Below, one piece after another: positions 13,940-26,769 of a DNA stretch of 64,000 nucleotides (position 1 is its first letter; each line of letters opens with the position of its first letter). The stretch comes from Eledone cirrhosa (taxonomy: Eukaryota), in the NCBI GenBank assembly GCA_964016885.1, contig OZ024741.1, forward strand, positions 29,760,001-29,824,000, read 5' to 3'. The notes beneath the pieces were generated by a model. That model saw only the letters and a program-made list of their open reading frames with translations. It was not told the origin of the DNA and did no database searches. The position numbers and the translations under genes were made by a program.

Positions 13940-16900
13940 TTACAGACACATACTCAGAGAAGGCCCATTCATTCGGGCCATACTTGCTTCTCTCACCCAT
14001 CTTTCAACAAAATGCTGGGAAGAGAGCACTTCCCTCTCTACCCTGATTTTCCTTTTCAAATGAAATTTGAAAAAGTTAATCAGGGCATCACCGAAGAGGT
14101 AAGTGCTCTTCTTCAGCCCTTTCAAACGTGTCCACCATACTATCTCTTTCGCCATGGCCACCAGACAGATAAAAACTGCCTGCCCTTCCAGGCTAAAGGA
14201 AGGGGGCGGGGCAATCCTCACGATGGACTCAGCTGATAGCTGGATAGGTCCTACACGTGACAGCAGGTGTTCGACATAAACCCACAAGTCAGCAATGCTC
14301 GGACACTGGACGAGTGCGTGCAGGACGGTTTCGTCGCCCTGCGCGCATCTCGGACATGCCCGGCTGACGGCACCTCCATGCCTGTAGAGTTTATCCCGAA
14401 CTGGCAAAGCTCCTCGGTAGCACTGCCAGGCCAGGGATTTCTGGAAGTTGTCCATAGGCCCCGGCCCGAAAGTCCTTCCGAAGAGATTGGCTAGTTGATT
14501 TTCGTCGACGCCTAGAGTTTCTCCAAGTACGTCGTCGCTCTTCCCCTCCACTAATCCCCTATAGAACGCCAAGGTGGAGTTTCCACCGATCACATTGCCC
14601 GATTGGTCGAGGGCTGTGAGCGCCTGAAGACATTCCAGTCTCCAAGCGCTCCCTCTCGGTCTTCGCTTGACCCAGGACTGCAGCTCCGTCAAGGAGACGA
14701 GCTGGGGAAAAACGTGTCTTGCAAACGGCGACCACACCTGATCACCGTCGAGGAAGAGGTGGAGATGTCGTAGCCTGAGCGCGTGTCTGCGCATCATCAG
14801 CCACGGCATGCCCAGCCCTCCACGTAGCGGGTGTTGACAGCAGATGGACCGCCTGACCATCGGAGCGCGTCCCTTCCACAAGAAGCGAAAGAGCAAACGC
14901 TCCAGCGCAGTCAGGCGGGGCTTAGGACAAGGTACGACGGTCAGGCGGTAGTAGATGACGGATGCGATGTACGCATTCGCCACCTCCGCTCGACCTTTCA
15001 GGGATAGCTTCCTCTCGGCCCATTTCTGGGTGAGAGAAGCCACCCTGCTCGTCACCTCGTCCCAGTTTTTGTCCGTCTGGAGGTCTGGACCGAAACAGAC
15101 CCCTAGCAATTTAACCGGTCCGTCCGTCCAGCGCCCGACGACGCTGTTGGACGGCATAGACCTGCCTCTCCAGGTGCCGAGCTGCAGGCCCACTGACTTT
15201 TCCTGGTTGATCATTGCTCCTGTCACCGCTTCGTATTCTCTTAGTGCAGTGCCGATCGCCTCGATGTGTTTGGCGTTCAACACCACTACGGTGACATCGT
15301 CGGCATATGGTGACACGGATCTTCCGCATCCTAGTTCGCGCGGGACCCCCCCTCAACGTCTCCAGTTTGTGCAGTAATGGCTCGAGAGTCAATACGTACA
15401 ATAGGGACGAGAGCGGATATCCTTGGCGGACCGAGCGCATGATGTTAAACGGTTCCGAAAGGTGACCGTTCACTGTCACTACAGAGCAGATGTCGTTGTG
15501 CATGGCAGCGATCCAGCCTCTGAAGACGGGCCCAAAGCCAGCCGCCCTCAGGACTGCCGCTAGGTAACGATGGTCGACCCTATCGAAGGCTTTCGACTGA
15601 TCTAAATTGATCAAAGACCCACCCGTGCCAGGTTCCCTAGCTACCCTCTCTACGATGTATCGCATGAGGTGGAGGTTGTCGTGGATGGATCTGTCGGGAA
15701 TGGCGCATGTCTGTGCCTCTCCCACCAGACCACCAACGACAAGCGCCAACCTCTTTGCTAGCACCTTGGCCAAAATCTTGAACTCTGTGTTTAGCAGAGT
15801 TATGGGCCTAAAATTATCTATGTTATCCCCCTTGTTCGGATCCTTTCTCAGCAGCGCCACCGCTCCTCGGCTCACAGAGCTGGGAATTCTCCCGTTCTGT
15901 TGCCAGTTGCAGTAGACGTCCGCCAAGAGGCCTCCGAACAAGTTTGGCATTTGTACGTAAAGTTCAGAGGGCAGACCATCCAAACCAGGCGATTTACCCC
16001 TTGTGCAACTAGTCATTGCATCCCGTACTTCAGCGGTTGTTATCGGCTTTTCGCAACACTGCGCCTCAGTGGCCGAAAGCCGCGGCAGTCCCTCGAGGTA
16101 GACACTAAAGTCCAGCCCTCGATCCGGCCCGCCACTGCCCCCGATCAGTTGAGCGAAGTGTCGCTGAAAAGCTTCACACATTTGCCCGGGATCGAGTAGC
16201 ATGCGCCCGTCGTGGTCCACCAAAGACCGGATCGTGGCTTTGTTGCCACGACGCGCCTCCGCCACTCGGGCCCATTGAACGGCTTTCGTCCCCTCGTGTC
16301 TGAGAGCACGCACCCTAGCTCTGACAACGCAGCCTTCGTGCTTTACATTGAAGAATTGGTCAAGGGCCAATTTCGCCGCAAGTACGTCCGTCGCGATGCC
16401 TTTGCTAAGCGCTTCATCTAATTTTCTAACTAATTCTCCCTCTGCTCTATTTTTCTCTATTGCTAAAGTCTTACTAAACCTAATGGACTCTATTCTAATT
16501 ACTCTTTTCAGAGCAAACCACCACTTGTTGTTGACGATGGCCCCCGTCAACGCCCGCTTAACTAGTTCGCTAATCCGGTCTCTGTAGGCCTTGCGCGCTG
16601 GTAAGGACGCGTTTAGCTTCCAGTAGCCGGGTCCTCGTCTATGAAGCCTATCTAAGTCAAGCACACAGATCACGAATTTGTGGTCCGTGTAGCTGACTAT
16701 CTTGAATTGTGGACAGCCTATGCTAGACCTATCTATTTCCCTACAAAATACTCTATCTAGATATGATCTGGATGACCAGATGCGATTTGTCCAAGTCCAC
16801 ATTGGTACATTCGGGAAATCCATTCGGTACCTGTCAGACAGTTCAAAACGTCTGAGCAGGTTGGTGAGACTCTTGCACCCTCCTTCCCTATCCACTAATC

Positions 16901-17360
16901 CCACACAATCCCAGCGTGCATCTAAGATCCCGTTCCAGTCGCCCACTAACACTAAAGAGCGGGACGTTCCAAGAAAGGTCTCCAGACGCCGGAAGAAATC
17001 AGGCCGCCCTGCTCCTGTCGGGGCATAGACGGCCACTAACCTGAAAGCTTGCCCGTCTCCGCTGGTCACGTCCAGCACCACCAACTTACCTTCTGGGTCC
17101 AGGAAGATGGCCCGTATGGCAAGATCCAAACCTCTCCGAAAAAGCACAGCAACTCCTCCCCCCGATCCCGGACGGCTGGGAGATGCGTACACATCGTAGC
17201 CGCCGAAGATCGGTGCGAAAGCCTGTGCTTCGGAGATTCTGGTCTCGCTGATGGCCACTACATCTATGTTTAGTGACCTGAGGTCGTTGAGCAGGTGGCC
17301 CTGCTTCCATGACGACCCCAAGCCACGCGCATTTATGCTGCCTATTCTGAGTGAGGTCAT
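13940..17360 (-). pseudogene. LINE ORF2 (APE endonuclease, reverse transcriptase, C-terminal Cys-rich domain) with one frameshift near 15345
   Basis: INARGL, ISET, GDWN, LDR, TDH (APE); PGLDG, RPITLLN, KAFD, RQG.PLS, YADD (RT); CPRC...ETVLHALVQC. Confidence 0.93.
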
Positions 17361-17394
17361 GTTGAAAAGGAGTGGAAAAGGCGGGAAAGACCAC

Positions 17395-19396
17395 TTACCT
17401 TACTTCTCGTAGGGGAAGGACGGCTTTTCCATCCTTTTCACTGCTTGTGGCCTCCTCTGGAAGGATGTCCTTATAAATCCTCCTGGAGAGTGCTTGTCGG
17501 AAGTCTCCGATGTCTTTGGGGAATTTTTGTTTTAGTGTCATGTACGTTTTCTGTGTGATGCGAGTGATTTGTATGTGTGGAGGTGGTGTGAATTTTGGGG
17601 TTGTTGTGTAGTCTTTTTCTGTGATGCTGGTGTTGTGTTGGATGTAGTGTAATAATTGCTTGTTGTTCAAATTTAATGCTGTGTAGTGTGTATCGTTTTG
17701 GTTGTTTTGTTTTGTTTGCGTTTGTTGTGGGTTTGTTTCTGTTTCGCATTTTGGTGACTTTTGTGGTGTAGGTGATGGTGGTGTTGGAGTTAATGATGGT
17801 GATGGTGTTGGTGTTTGGGTTGATGGGGTTGGTGATGCTGGTGTGGATGGTGGCATATCTGTCCTAACTTTTTTGTTTCTTAGTTTATTTGTTTCCCTCT
17901 GTATTTTGTTTTTGGAGGGGGAAGGAAGAGAATTTTTTCTTTTTTGGTTTTTTTTTTTTTTCCGGATATCGTTTCCCACTCCTCGTCGTCACAATCTGTC
18001 TCCAGTTGTGATAGGCCGGGGAGTGGAAAATCCTCCACAGCCGTTAGTTTTGGTTGTGGTGTGGTGGATGGTGTAGGCGCTGGTTCTAGTTCTGAAGCGT
18101 TGGGTGGTGGTGGTGTTGGTTTTGCTGGTGGTGGTAGTGGTGTTGGTTTTGCTACTGTTGCTGGGGTTGTTACTGTTATAGTTTCTTCTGTTGTTGCTGC
18201 TACAGTTGTTGCTGCCATCTCTGCTACTGGTGGTGTCGATGGTTGTGTCACTGGGGTGGGTAGGAGAGGTGGCCTCAACCTTTTAGCCTGAGGGCAGAAA
18301 GCCCTTAGGTGGGTTCCTTCACCACAAACGACACACCTAGGTCTTCTGCCCTCGACAATTACCGTGAGGTGGCTGCCGTCAGTGAGGTCTATTACCTCTG
18401 GGATCTCCTCAATGCTTTTTTGGTCCGCTTGGATCAGGAGCTCCATCCCAGATCCGGACCAGTTTTCCTGCTTTTCTTTTGCTACTGCTATTATTTTCGT
18501 GTTGGGTTCGATGCCGGCGAGGACAGCCGCTATTAGCCAGGGAATTTCGATGGCCGGTGGAACGTGGGTCACCCTGATCTTTACGAGTCTCTGGCCACAA
18601 TAGCTTGGGACGAGTGTGAGGTCGTCACTTTTTAATGGTGCCATGGAGTGTTCTCTAGCCTCCTCTGGTGTTTCAAAGAACACATCCACGGTTCCATACT
18701 TTTGCCCACGTCTGATGTGGGTTTTTCTTGCCCACACATGTCCCAAAGCTTTTTGGATTTGGGACTCGGATGCCCGTTCCACTCGGCGCGATTTTACATT
18801 TATTGTTCTATACGACACGGTGCACATGCGCCGATGCTCCATTTTATTAGGTTGGGGGGGGGTGGGGTGAGGCTGACCCTGTACCCATCTTTCTTTACCA
18901 TTTGTTTGGCATTTTCTAAATCTTCTTGAGTTACCGTGAACGCTTCGAATTGTTTTGCTACGATGGCGAAACTGAGGGTCGGTTTTATAATGTCATTGTT
19001 GTTGTTGTTGCTATCGTTATTTGTGTTAATCTTAATTTTTGTTTCAGTTGTGGTGGTGGTGACGTCATTCGTCTTTGGTGCGGAAGAGTCCATTTTGCTT
19101 GATTTCATTTCGACATCACGAGTTAAGTTATTTTTTTCTTCTTTTGTTTCTGTTGTCGCGGTGGTGGTGGGGGTGGTGGTTGTCGCGGTGGTGGTGGTGG
19201 TGGAGGCTTTAACACCTGCAGTCATTGGTAATGGCGGGAAATGAATGTCTGCCTGAGACAAATTTAAAATATTGCTACTGCTTATATTTTTTTTTGTGTT
19301 GGCAAACGTAGTAACATTTACAATGGTGGTGTCGGTGTGAGGTGTTATTTTGTGAGGAAGGCTTTCAGCTGCTTCGTGCAGAGGGGAATTAGCCAT
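17395..19396 (-). pseudogene. LINE ORF1 (gag-like, CCHC zinc knuckle), frameshifted at homopolymer runs
   Basis: VEGRRPRCVVCGEGTHLRAFC and Pro/Thr-rich linkers. Split over the ORFs 18800-19396, 17880-18842 and 17395-17979. Confidence 0.85.
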
Positions 19397-19604
19397 TTTT
19401 TTTCAAAGAAATGTTTGGATAATAATAAAAGTTAAAATTTTGGGCACAAGGCCCCAATCTTTTTGGGTGTCCTTTTCGGAAAACAATGTATGTGCGCTTA
19501 TAAACAGTTAACAATAAAATTTTCCATAAATGACAATTTTTAACAAACGGAAATAACAAACCTTTGCGGAGCTCACGATGATACGATTTACTAAGTAGGT
19601 CGCC

Positions 19605-19642
<38 letters not shown>

Positions 19643-19890
19643 TTTCTTTATTAACCACAAGGGTTTGCATAAAGTAGACATTAAGGACAGTGCAGGACAA
19701 TACAGGACGGTACAAATGGGCATTTCTGCGTGTAAAAAACAAAAACAGAGGATGTAACAAAAAATAAGAATGAAAAATTCCGCAATAGGGGGGAGACTTC
19801 GGAGGGACATTTGTGGAGAAAGCACAGTAAAAAGACACAATGACCCTGACCACCAAGGCAAGTGCCCTCTTCCAGTTTTCCACCTTTAAT

Positions 19891-22800
19891 TTACAGATAT
19901 ATACTCAGAGTAGGCCCATTCACTCGGGCCATTCTTGCTTCTCTCACCCATCTTTCAACAAAATGCTGGGAAGAGAGCACTTCCCTCTCTACTCTGATTT
20001 TCCTTTTCAAATGAAATTTGAAAAAGTCAATCAGAGCATCATCGAAGAGGTAAGTGCTCGTCTTCAGCCCTTTCAAACGTGTCCACCATACTATCTCTTT
20101 CGCCATGGCCACCAGACAGATAAAAACTGCCTGCCCTTCCCGGCTAAAGGAAGGGGGCGGGGCAATCCTCACGATGGACTCAGATGATAGCCGGATCCGT
20201 CCTAAACGCGACAGCAGGTGTTCGACATAAACCCACAAGTCAGCAATTTTCGGACACTGGATGAGTGCGTGCAGGACGGTTTCGTCGCCCTGCGCGCATC
20301 TCGGACATGCCCGACTGACGGCACCTCCATGCCTGTAGAGTTTATCCCGAACTGGCAAGGCTCCTCGGTAGCACTGCCAGGCCAGAGATTTCTGGAAATT
20401 GTCCATAGGTCCCGGCCCGAAAGTTCTTCCGTAGAGATTGGCTAGTTGATTTTCGTCGACGCCTAGAGTTTCCCGAAGTACGTCGTCGCTCTTCCTCTCC
20501 ACTAACCCTCTATAGAACGCCGAGGTGGAGTTTCCAACGATCACATTGCCCGATTGGTCGAGGGCTGTGAGCGCCTGAAGACATTCCCGTCTCCAGGCGC
20601 TCCCTCTCGGTCTTCGCTTGACCCAGGACTGCAGCTCCGTCAAGGAAACGAGCTGGGGAAATACGTGTCTAGCAAACGGCGACCACACCTGATAACCGTC
20701 GAGGAAGAGGTGGAGATGTCGTAGCCTGAGCGCGTGTCTGCGCATCATCAGCCACGGCATGCCCAGCCCTCCACGTAGCGGGTGTTGACAACAGATGGAC
20801 CGCCTGACCATCGGAGCGCGTTCCTTCCACAAAAAGCGAAAGAGCAAACGCTCCAGCGCAGTCAGGCGAGGCTTAGGACAAGGTACGACGGTCAAGCGGT
20901 AGCAGATGACAGACGCGGTGTACGCGTTAGCCACCTCCGCTCGAACTTTCAGGGATAGCTTCTTCTCCGCCCATTTCTGGGTAAGAGAAGCCACCCTGCT
21001 CGTCACCTCGTCCCAGTTTTTGTCCGCCTGGAGGTCCGGACCGAAACAGACCCCTAGCAATTTAACCGGTCCGTCCGTCAAGCGTCCGACGACGCTGTTG
21101 GACGGCATGGACCTGCTTCTCCAGGTGCCGAGCTGCAGGCCCACTGACTTTTCCTGGTTGATCATTGCTCCTGTCACCGCTTCGTATTCTCTTAGTGTAG
21201 TGCAGATCGCCTCGATGTGTTTGGCGTTCGACACAACTACGGTGACATCGTCCGCATATGCTGACATGGATCTTCCGCATCCTAGTTCGCGCGGGACGCC
21301 CCTCAAGGTCTCCAGTTTGTGCAGTAATGGCTCGAGAGTCAATACGTACAAGAGGGACGAGAGGGGACATCCTTGGCGGACCGAGCGCATGATGTTAAAC
21401 GGTTCCGAAAGGTGACCGTTCACTCTCACCACAGAGCAGATGTCGCTGTGCATGGCAGCAATCCAGCCTCTGAAGACGGGCCCAAAGCCAGCCGCCCTCA
21501 GGACTGCCGCTAGGTAACGATGGTCGACCCTATCGAAAGCTTTCGACTGATCTAAATTGATCAAGCACCCACCCGTGCAAGGTTCCCTAGCTACCCTCTC
21601 TACGATGTATCGCATGAGGTGGAGATGTCGTGGATGGATCAGTCGGGAATGGCGCATGTCTGCGCCACTCCACCAGACCACCAACGACAAGCGTCAACCT
21701 CTTTGCTAGCACCTTGGCCAAAATCTTGAACTCTGTGTTTAGCAGAATTATGGGCCTGAAATTATATATGTTATCCCCCTTGTTCGGATCCTTTCTCAGC
21801 AGTGCCACCGCTCCTCGTCTCACAGAACTGGGAATTCTCCCGTTCTGTTGCCATTTGCAGTAGACGTCCGACAAGAGGCCTCCGAACAAGTCTGGCATCT
21901 GTACGTAAAGTTCATAGGGCAGACCATCCAAACCAGGCAATTTATCCCTTGTGCAACTAGTCATTGCCTCCCTTACTTCAGCGGCTGTTATCGGCTTTTC
22001 GCAACACTCCGCCTCAGTGGCCGAGAGCCGCGGCAGTCCATCGAGGTAGACACTAAAGCCCATCCCTCGACCCGGCCCACCGCGGCCCCCGAACAGCTGA
22101 GCGAAGTGTCGCTAAAAAGCTTCACACATTTTCCCGGATCGGGTAGCATGCACCCGTCGTGGTCCACTAAAGACCGGATCGTGGCTTTGTTGCCACGACG
22201 CGCCTCCGCCACTCGGGCCCATTGAACGGCTTTCGTCCCATCGTGTCTGAGAGCACGCACCCTAGCTCTGACAACGCAGCCTTCGTGCTTTGCATTGAAG
22301 AATTGGTCAAGGGCCAATTTCGCCGCAAGCACGTCGGTCGCAATGCCTTTGCTAAGCGCCTCGTCTAATTTTTTAACTAGTTCTCCCTCTGCTCTATTTT
22401 TCTCTATTGCTAAAGCCTTACTAAACCTAATCGATTCTATTGTAATCGCTCTTTTCAGAGCAAACCACCACTTGTTGTTCACGATAGCCCCCGTCAACGC
22501 CGGCTTAACTAGTTCGCTAATCCGGTCTCTGTAGGCCTTGCGCGCTGGTAAGGACGCGTTTAGCTTCCAGTAGCCGGGTCCTCGTCTATGAAGCCTATCT
22601 AAGTCAAGCACACAGATCACGAATTTGTGGTCCGTGTAGCTGACTATCTTGAATTGTGGACAGCCTATGCTAGACCTATCTATTTCCCTACAAAATATTC
22701 TATCTAGATATGATCTGGATGACCAGATGCGACTTGTCCAAGTCCACATTGGCACATTCGGGAAATCCAATCGGTACCTATCAGACAGTTCAAAACGCCT

Positions 22801-23306
22801 GAGCAGGTTGGTGAGGCTCTTGCACCATCCACCCCTATCCGCTAATCCCACACAGTCCCAGCGTGCATCTAAGAGGCCGTTCCAGTCGTCCACTAACACT
22901 AAAGAGCGGGACGTTCCAAGAAAGGTCTCCAGACGCCGGAAGAAATCAGGCCGCCCTGCTCCTGTCGGAGCATAGACGGCCACTAGCCTGAAAGCTTGCC
23001 CGTCTCCGCTGGTCACGTCCAGCACCACCAACTTACCCTCTGCATCCAGGAAGATGGCCCGTATGGCGAGATCCAAACCTCTCCGAAAAAGCACAGCAAC
23101 TCCTCCCGCGATCCAAGACGGCTGGGAGATGCGTACACATCGTAGCCGCCGAAGATCGGTGCGAAGGCCTGTGCTTCGGAGATTCTGGTCTCGCTGATGG
23201 CCACTACATCTATGTTTAGTGACCTGAGGTCGTTGAGCAGGTGACCCTGCTTCCATGACGACCCCAAGCCACGCGCATTTATGCTGCCTATTCTGAGTGA
23301 GGTCAT
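19891..23306 (-). pseudogene. LINE ORF2 (APE-RT) with several frameshifts
   Basis: MTSLRIGSINARGL start, YADD and CPRC, colinear with copy 1. Confidence 0.92.
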
Positions 23307-23339
23307 GTTTAAAATAGAGTGGAAAAGATGGGAAAGACC

Positions 23340-25479
23340 ACTTGCCGTACTTTTCGTAGAGGAGGGATGGTTTTTTCCATCCCTTTTCACTTGATCGTCT
23401 GGTGAAGGGACCGTTGAATCGTCCCTTCGGCTGGTCGTCGGCTCTTCTATGAGTAAGTCCGAATATACTCTTCGGTTGAGAGTCCCTCCTAGGTATCTGA
23501 AATCACCAACTGCGTTGGGGAATTTCGTTTTATTGTTTCTGTATTGTTTCTGTGCTATTTTTAGCAGTCTTATGTTAGTTGGCGTTTTGATTGGTGCTGG
23601 TATTATGTAGTCGTGTTGTGAAATGTCTGTGTGTTCAATTATGTAAGTCATTAGTTTCTTGTTGTGTGTATTTATTGCTGTGCATTTGTTTTTCTGAGGG
23701 TGGGGTGTGGTTCTGCTATTTTCTTGTCGTTGTTGCTGGGTGTGTGTGTTTTGTTGTTGTGTTTGCGATGTTGGTGCTTGTGGTGGTGGTATTGACGTTG
23801 TTGTTGTTGTTGGCGGTGGGGTTGTCGCCGGTGGTGATGGTGGTGCTAGTGTGGGTGGTGATGGTGTTGGTGGTGTTGCTGCTGTGAGTCTCTTTGCAGT
23901 AGCCTTTACCCTTTTTACATTTCTTTCCTCCCTTTTCGAAGGCGACGATGCGCTGCTTCTGCGTTTGTGCCTTCTTACGACCTTTTGCCTTCCCTCTCCC
24001 ACCTCACACTCCATGTTTTATTCTGTGAGGTCGGGGAGGGGTACCAGCTCCACTCGTTCACTTGTTGTTGTTGGTGATGTTTGCACTGGAGTCTCTGTTG
24101 CAGCTGCATTTGGTATTGCTGTTGTTGTTGTTAATACTTCCACTGCTGCTGCTGTTTTTGATTTCCGTGGCGTGGGTATGGGTGCTACGGACCTATCGTT
24201 CCTGGTTGCCACTTGTCCTGTTGCTGGTAGCCGTGGAGCCGTTTTCGGAAGGAGGGGGGTTTTCTCCTTTCTCAGGGTCTTCTCGTTGCAGAAGGCCCTG
24301 AGGTGAGTCTTCGATCCACAGCGAAAGCATTTCGGGCGTTTGCCCTCAACACTTATGGGGAGTTGAGTGCCGTTATCGAAGTCTATCACATCCGGGATAG
24401 CTTCGATGCACTCCTGGTTGGTTTGGATTAACATCTCAATGGAGGTGCCGACCCAATCTTCTCGTACTTTTTTCTATACTTGCAGTACAGTCGTTTTGTC
24501 CTCGATTCCGACGAGGACAGACGCGGCCAGCCAAGAAGGGGCCATCCCGGGGGTTGGGGGGGGGGGGGGGGCGTGCGTCAGTTTGACCCTCACAATTTTT
24601 TGCCCGCAGTAGGAGGGCACCAACGCCATTTCCTCGCTCCTTAGCGTCACTAAGGATTGAGCCTTTGCCTCCTGGGGTGTGGCAAAAAGCACGTCCACGG
24701 TGGCATATTTCTTGCCTCGGGTGATATGCGTTTTCCGCTGCCACGCAGACCCTAAGGCTTTTTGTATTTGAGATTATGTGGCTCTTTCAACCCTACGGGA
24801 TTTTGTGCTTACTGTACGGTACGTGACCGTACAGTGCTGTTGGGTTTCGAAAAATGTTTCGGCTGCCTTGCAGATTGCTCGGTGTCCGGTTTTCGTCACC
24901 ATCTTCTTCGCTTCCTCTAATTCCTCATTTGTTATGAGGATGGTTTCCAGGTTCTTTGCGATACCTGCAAACGAGATTTGTTTTTCTTTGTGGCTGTTGT
25001 TGTTGTTGTCGTCAGAGCTGCTGTTATTTTTGTTGTTGCTGCAGGTACTACGACTACTGCCGCCGCCGTTGTTGCTGTGGTTGTTGTTGTTGTTGTTGCT
25101 GCTGCTGCTATTGTTGATGCTGCTAATGCTGTTGTTGTTTATGCTGCTGATGATGCTGTTGCGGCTGCTACTGTTGTTTTCCTTGTCACTGTTGCTGCTG
25201 TTATTACGGCTGCTACTGCTATTATTCCTGACGTCAGACGAATGAAATGGGTTTTCGTATTTCCCACACACCTTTTTCGTCGTTGTCGTCGTCGTCGTGG
25301 AGAAATCTTGCTCGCTTTGCACGTGATTTTTCTTTTCTGGCGTCGCTTGCGAAAGAGATGAGAGACACATTTAGAGAAGAGAGGGAGAGAGACAATCTTC
25401 TCTCTGCTGTAGTGACGATTGAGGAAGAAGAAGACGGAATGAGTGGGAGTGATCTATGAAAATTCTTTTTCGTAGCCAT
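23340..25479 (-). pseudogene. LINE ORF1 (CCHC knuckle), disrupted
   Basis: VEGKRPKCFRCGSKTHLRAFC and LVPSYCGQKIVRVK, homologous to copy 1 ORF1. Confidence 0.82.
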
Positions 25480-25694
25480 GTTGTTTTTTTGTTTAAAATA
25501 AATATTGGGCACAAAACCCCAATAAGCGGTTATTTTACCCCGAAGGGCCAAATAACGGGCAGAAAGACCCCTCTCACGAGGAGGAGGGTGTTTTTGCCTA
25601 CAAGTTGGTTAAAGTTTTAAACAATTTACAATTGTTATAGCGGTCAAAATTTACAATACCTTACAGAGCCGAGCCTCCGTCAACCATAGCATTC

Positions 25695-25807
<113 letters not shown>

Positions 25808-26769
25808 GGGAAGAAGACGCACGTGGTGGATAGAGTGTTAAGGAATCGCTCCTGTAAGTTTTTGATTTTAAACAATTGTGATATAACAATTCTTAGTACA
25901 AATGGGACATAAAGCGCCAGGCTTCACTCTCGGGAAATCCGGATCCATAATATCCTGTTATATCGCTCAAATATTCAATTTTGTATTATAAATTTTATAT
26001 TCAAAAAAGAAAATGGTTATAAATGGAAGAAAACACCCTTTGTCAACACTATATAGAACAGCCAAATAACAGCAATTTCACCTACACCACAAACTAGATA
26101 CACCACCTATCCCATCAGCCCTCTGTGTACACTAAATACAAAAGCCAGATAACGGCAATTTCACCACCACCACCACCAATCCCAGCATAATAATAATAAT
26201 TACTATTATTGTATCTCAAGTTTTCTCAAAACGTTTAATTCAAATATTAAGAAAATATGTCAACACATATATTAAATATACGGGATAAACCGCATAGATA
26301 CACAGATCAAACAAACGCATACTACTACAGTATATTCAACGAAACTCAGTAACGACAACGCCATCACGATAATCACCACCGCCACCACTCCCTCATTTCT
26401 ACCACTATCCCATCACCACCGCCACCACTCCTTCATTGCTACTACCACTATTCCCCCACTACCTTCTGTTAACTTAAGAAAGGGGAAGGTGGCGGTATCA
26501 CTAGACAAGGGAGAGGCTAGCAAAAGATATAAATAGACTGACTTAGTGACCCGGTCAAACGTAATCGACTATGGCACTGCTGGCTCTCCCCTTCCCCACC
26601 AACAATAGAAAAAGCCCCAGCACCACCAGCGACATAGCCAACAACAATAACAGGCAACTTCAACAAAAAGTATATTATATTATTAATAATAATTTCATTC
26701 TTAAGCCACGCAATGCTCACATTAAGGAACCACTCATGATGATAACAATTTAAAAAAACAACAAAAAAG

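Larger units (their letters stand above)
13697..19604 (-). mobile_element. Full-length Tx1-type (L1 clade) LINE, copy 1, in (ATT)n
   Basis: ORF1 with a CCHC knuckle, ORF2 with APE-RT-zf, AATAAA near the 3' end, and (TAA)n on both sides. Confidence 0.93.
19641..25694 (-). mobile_element. Full-length Tx1-type LINE, copy 2, in (ATT)n
   Basis: ORF2 and 3'UTR are near-identical to copy 1 while ORF1 differs. (TAA)n lies at 19605-19640 and 25695-25807. Confidence 0.93.

Noticed and set aside
14267-24612. Plus-strand ORFs overlapping the Tx1 elements
   Set aside because: They are antisense shadows of GC-rich LINE coding sequence.
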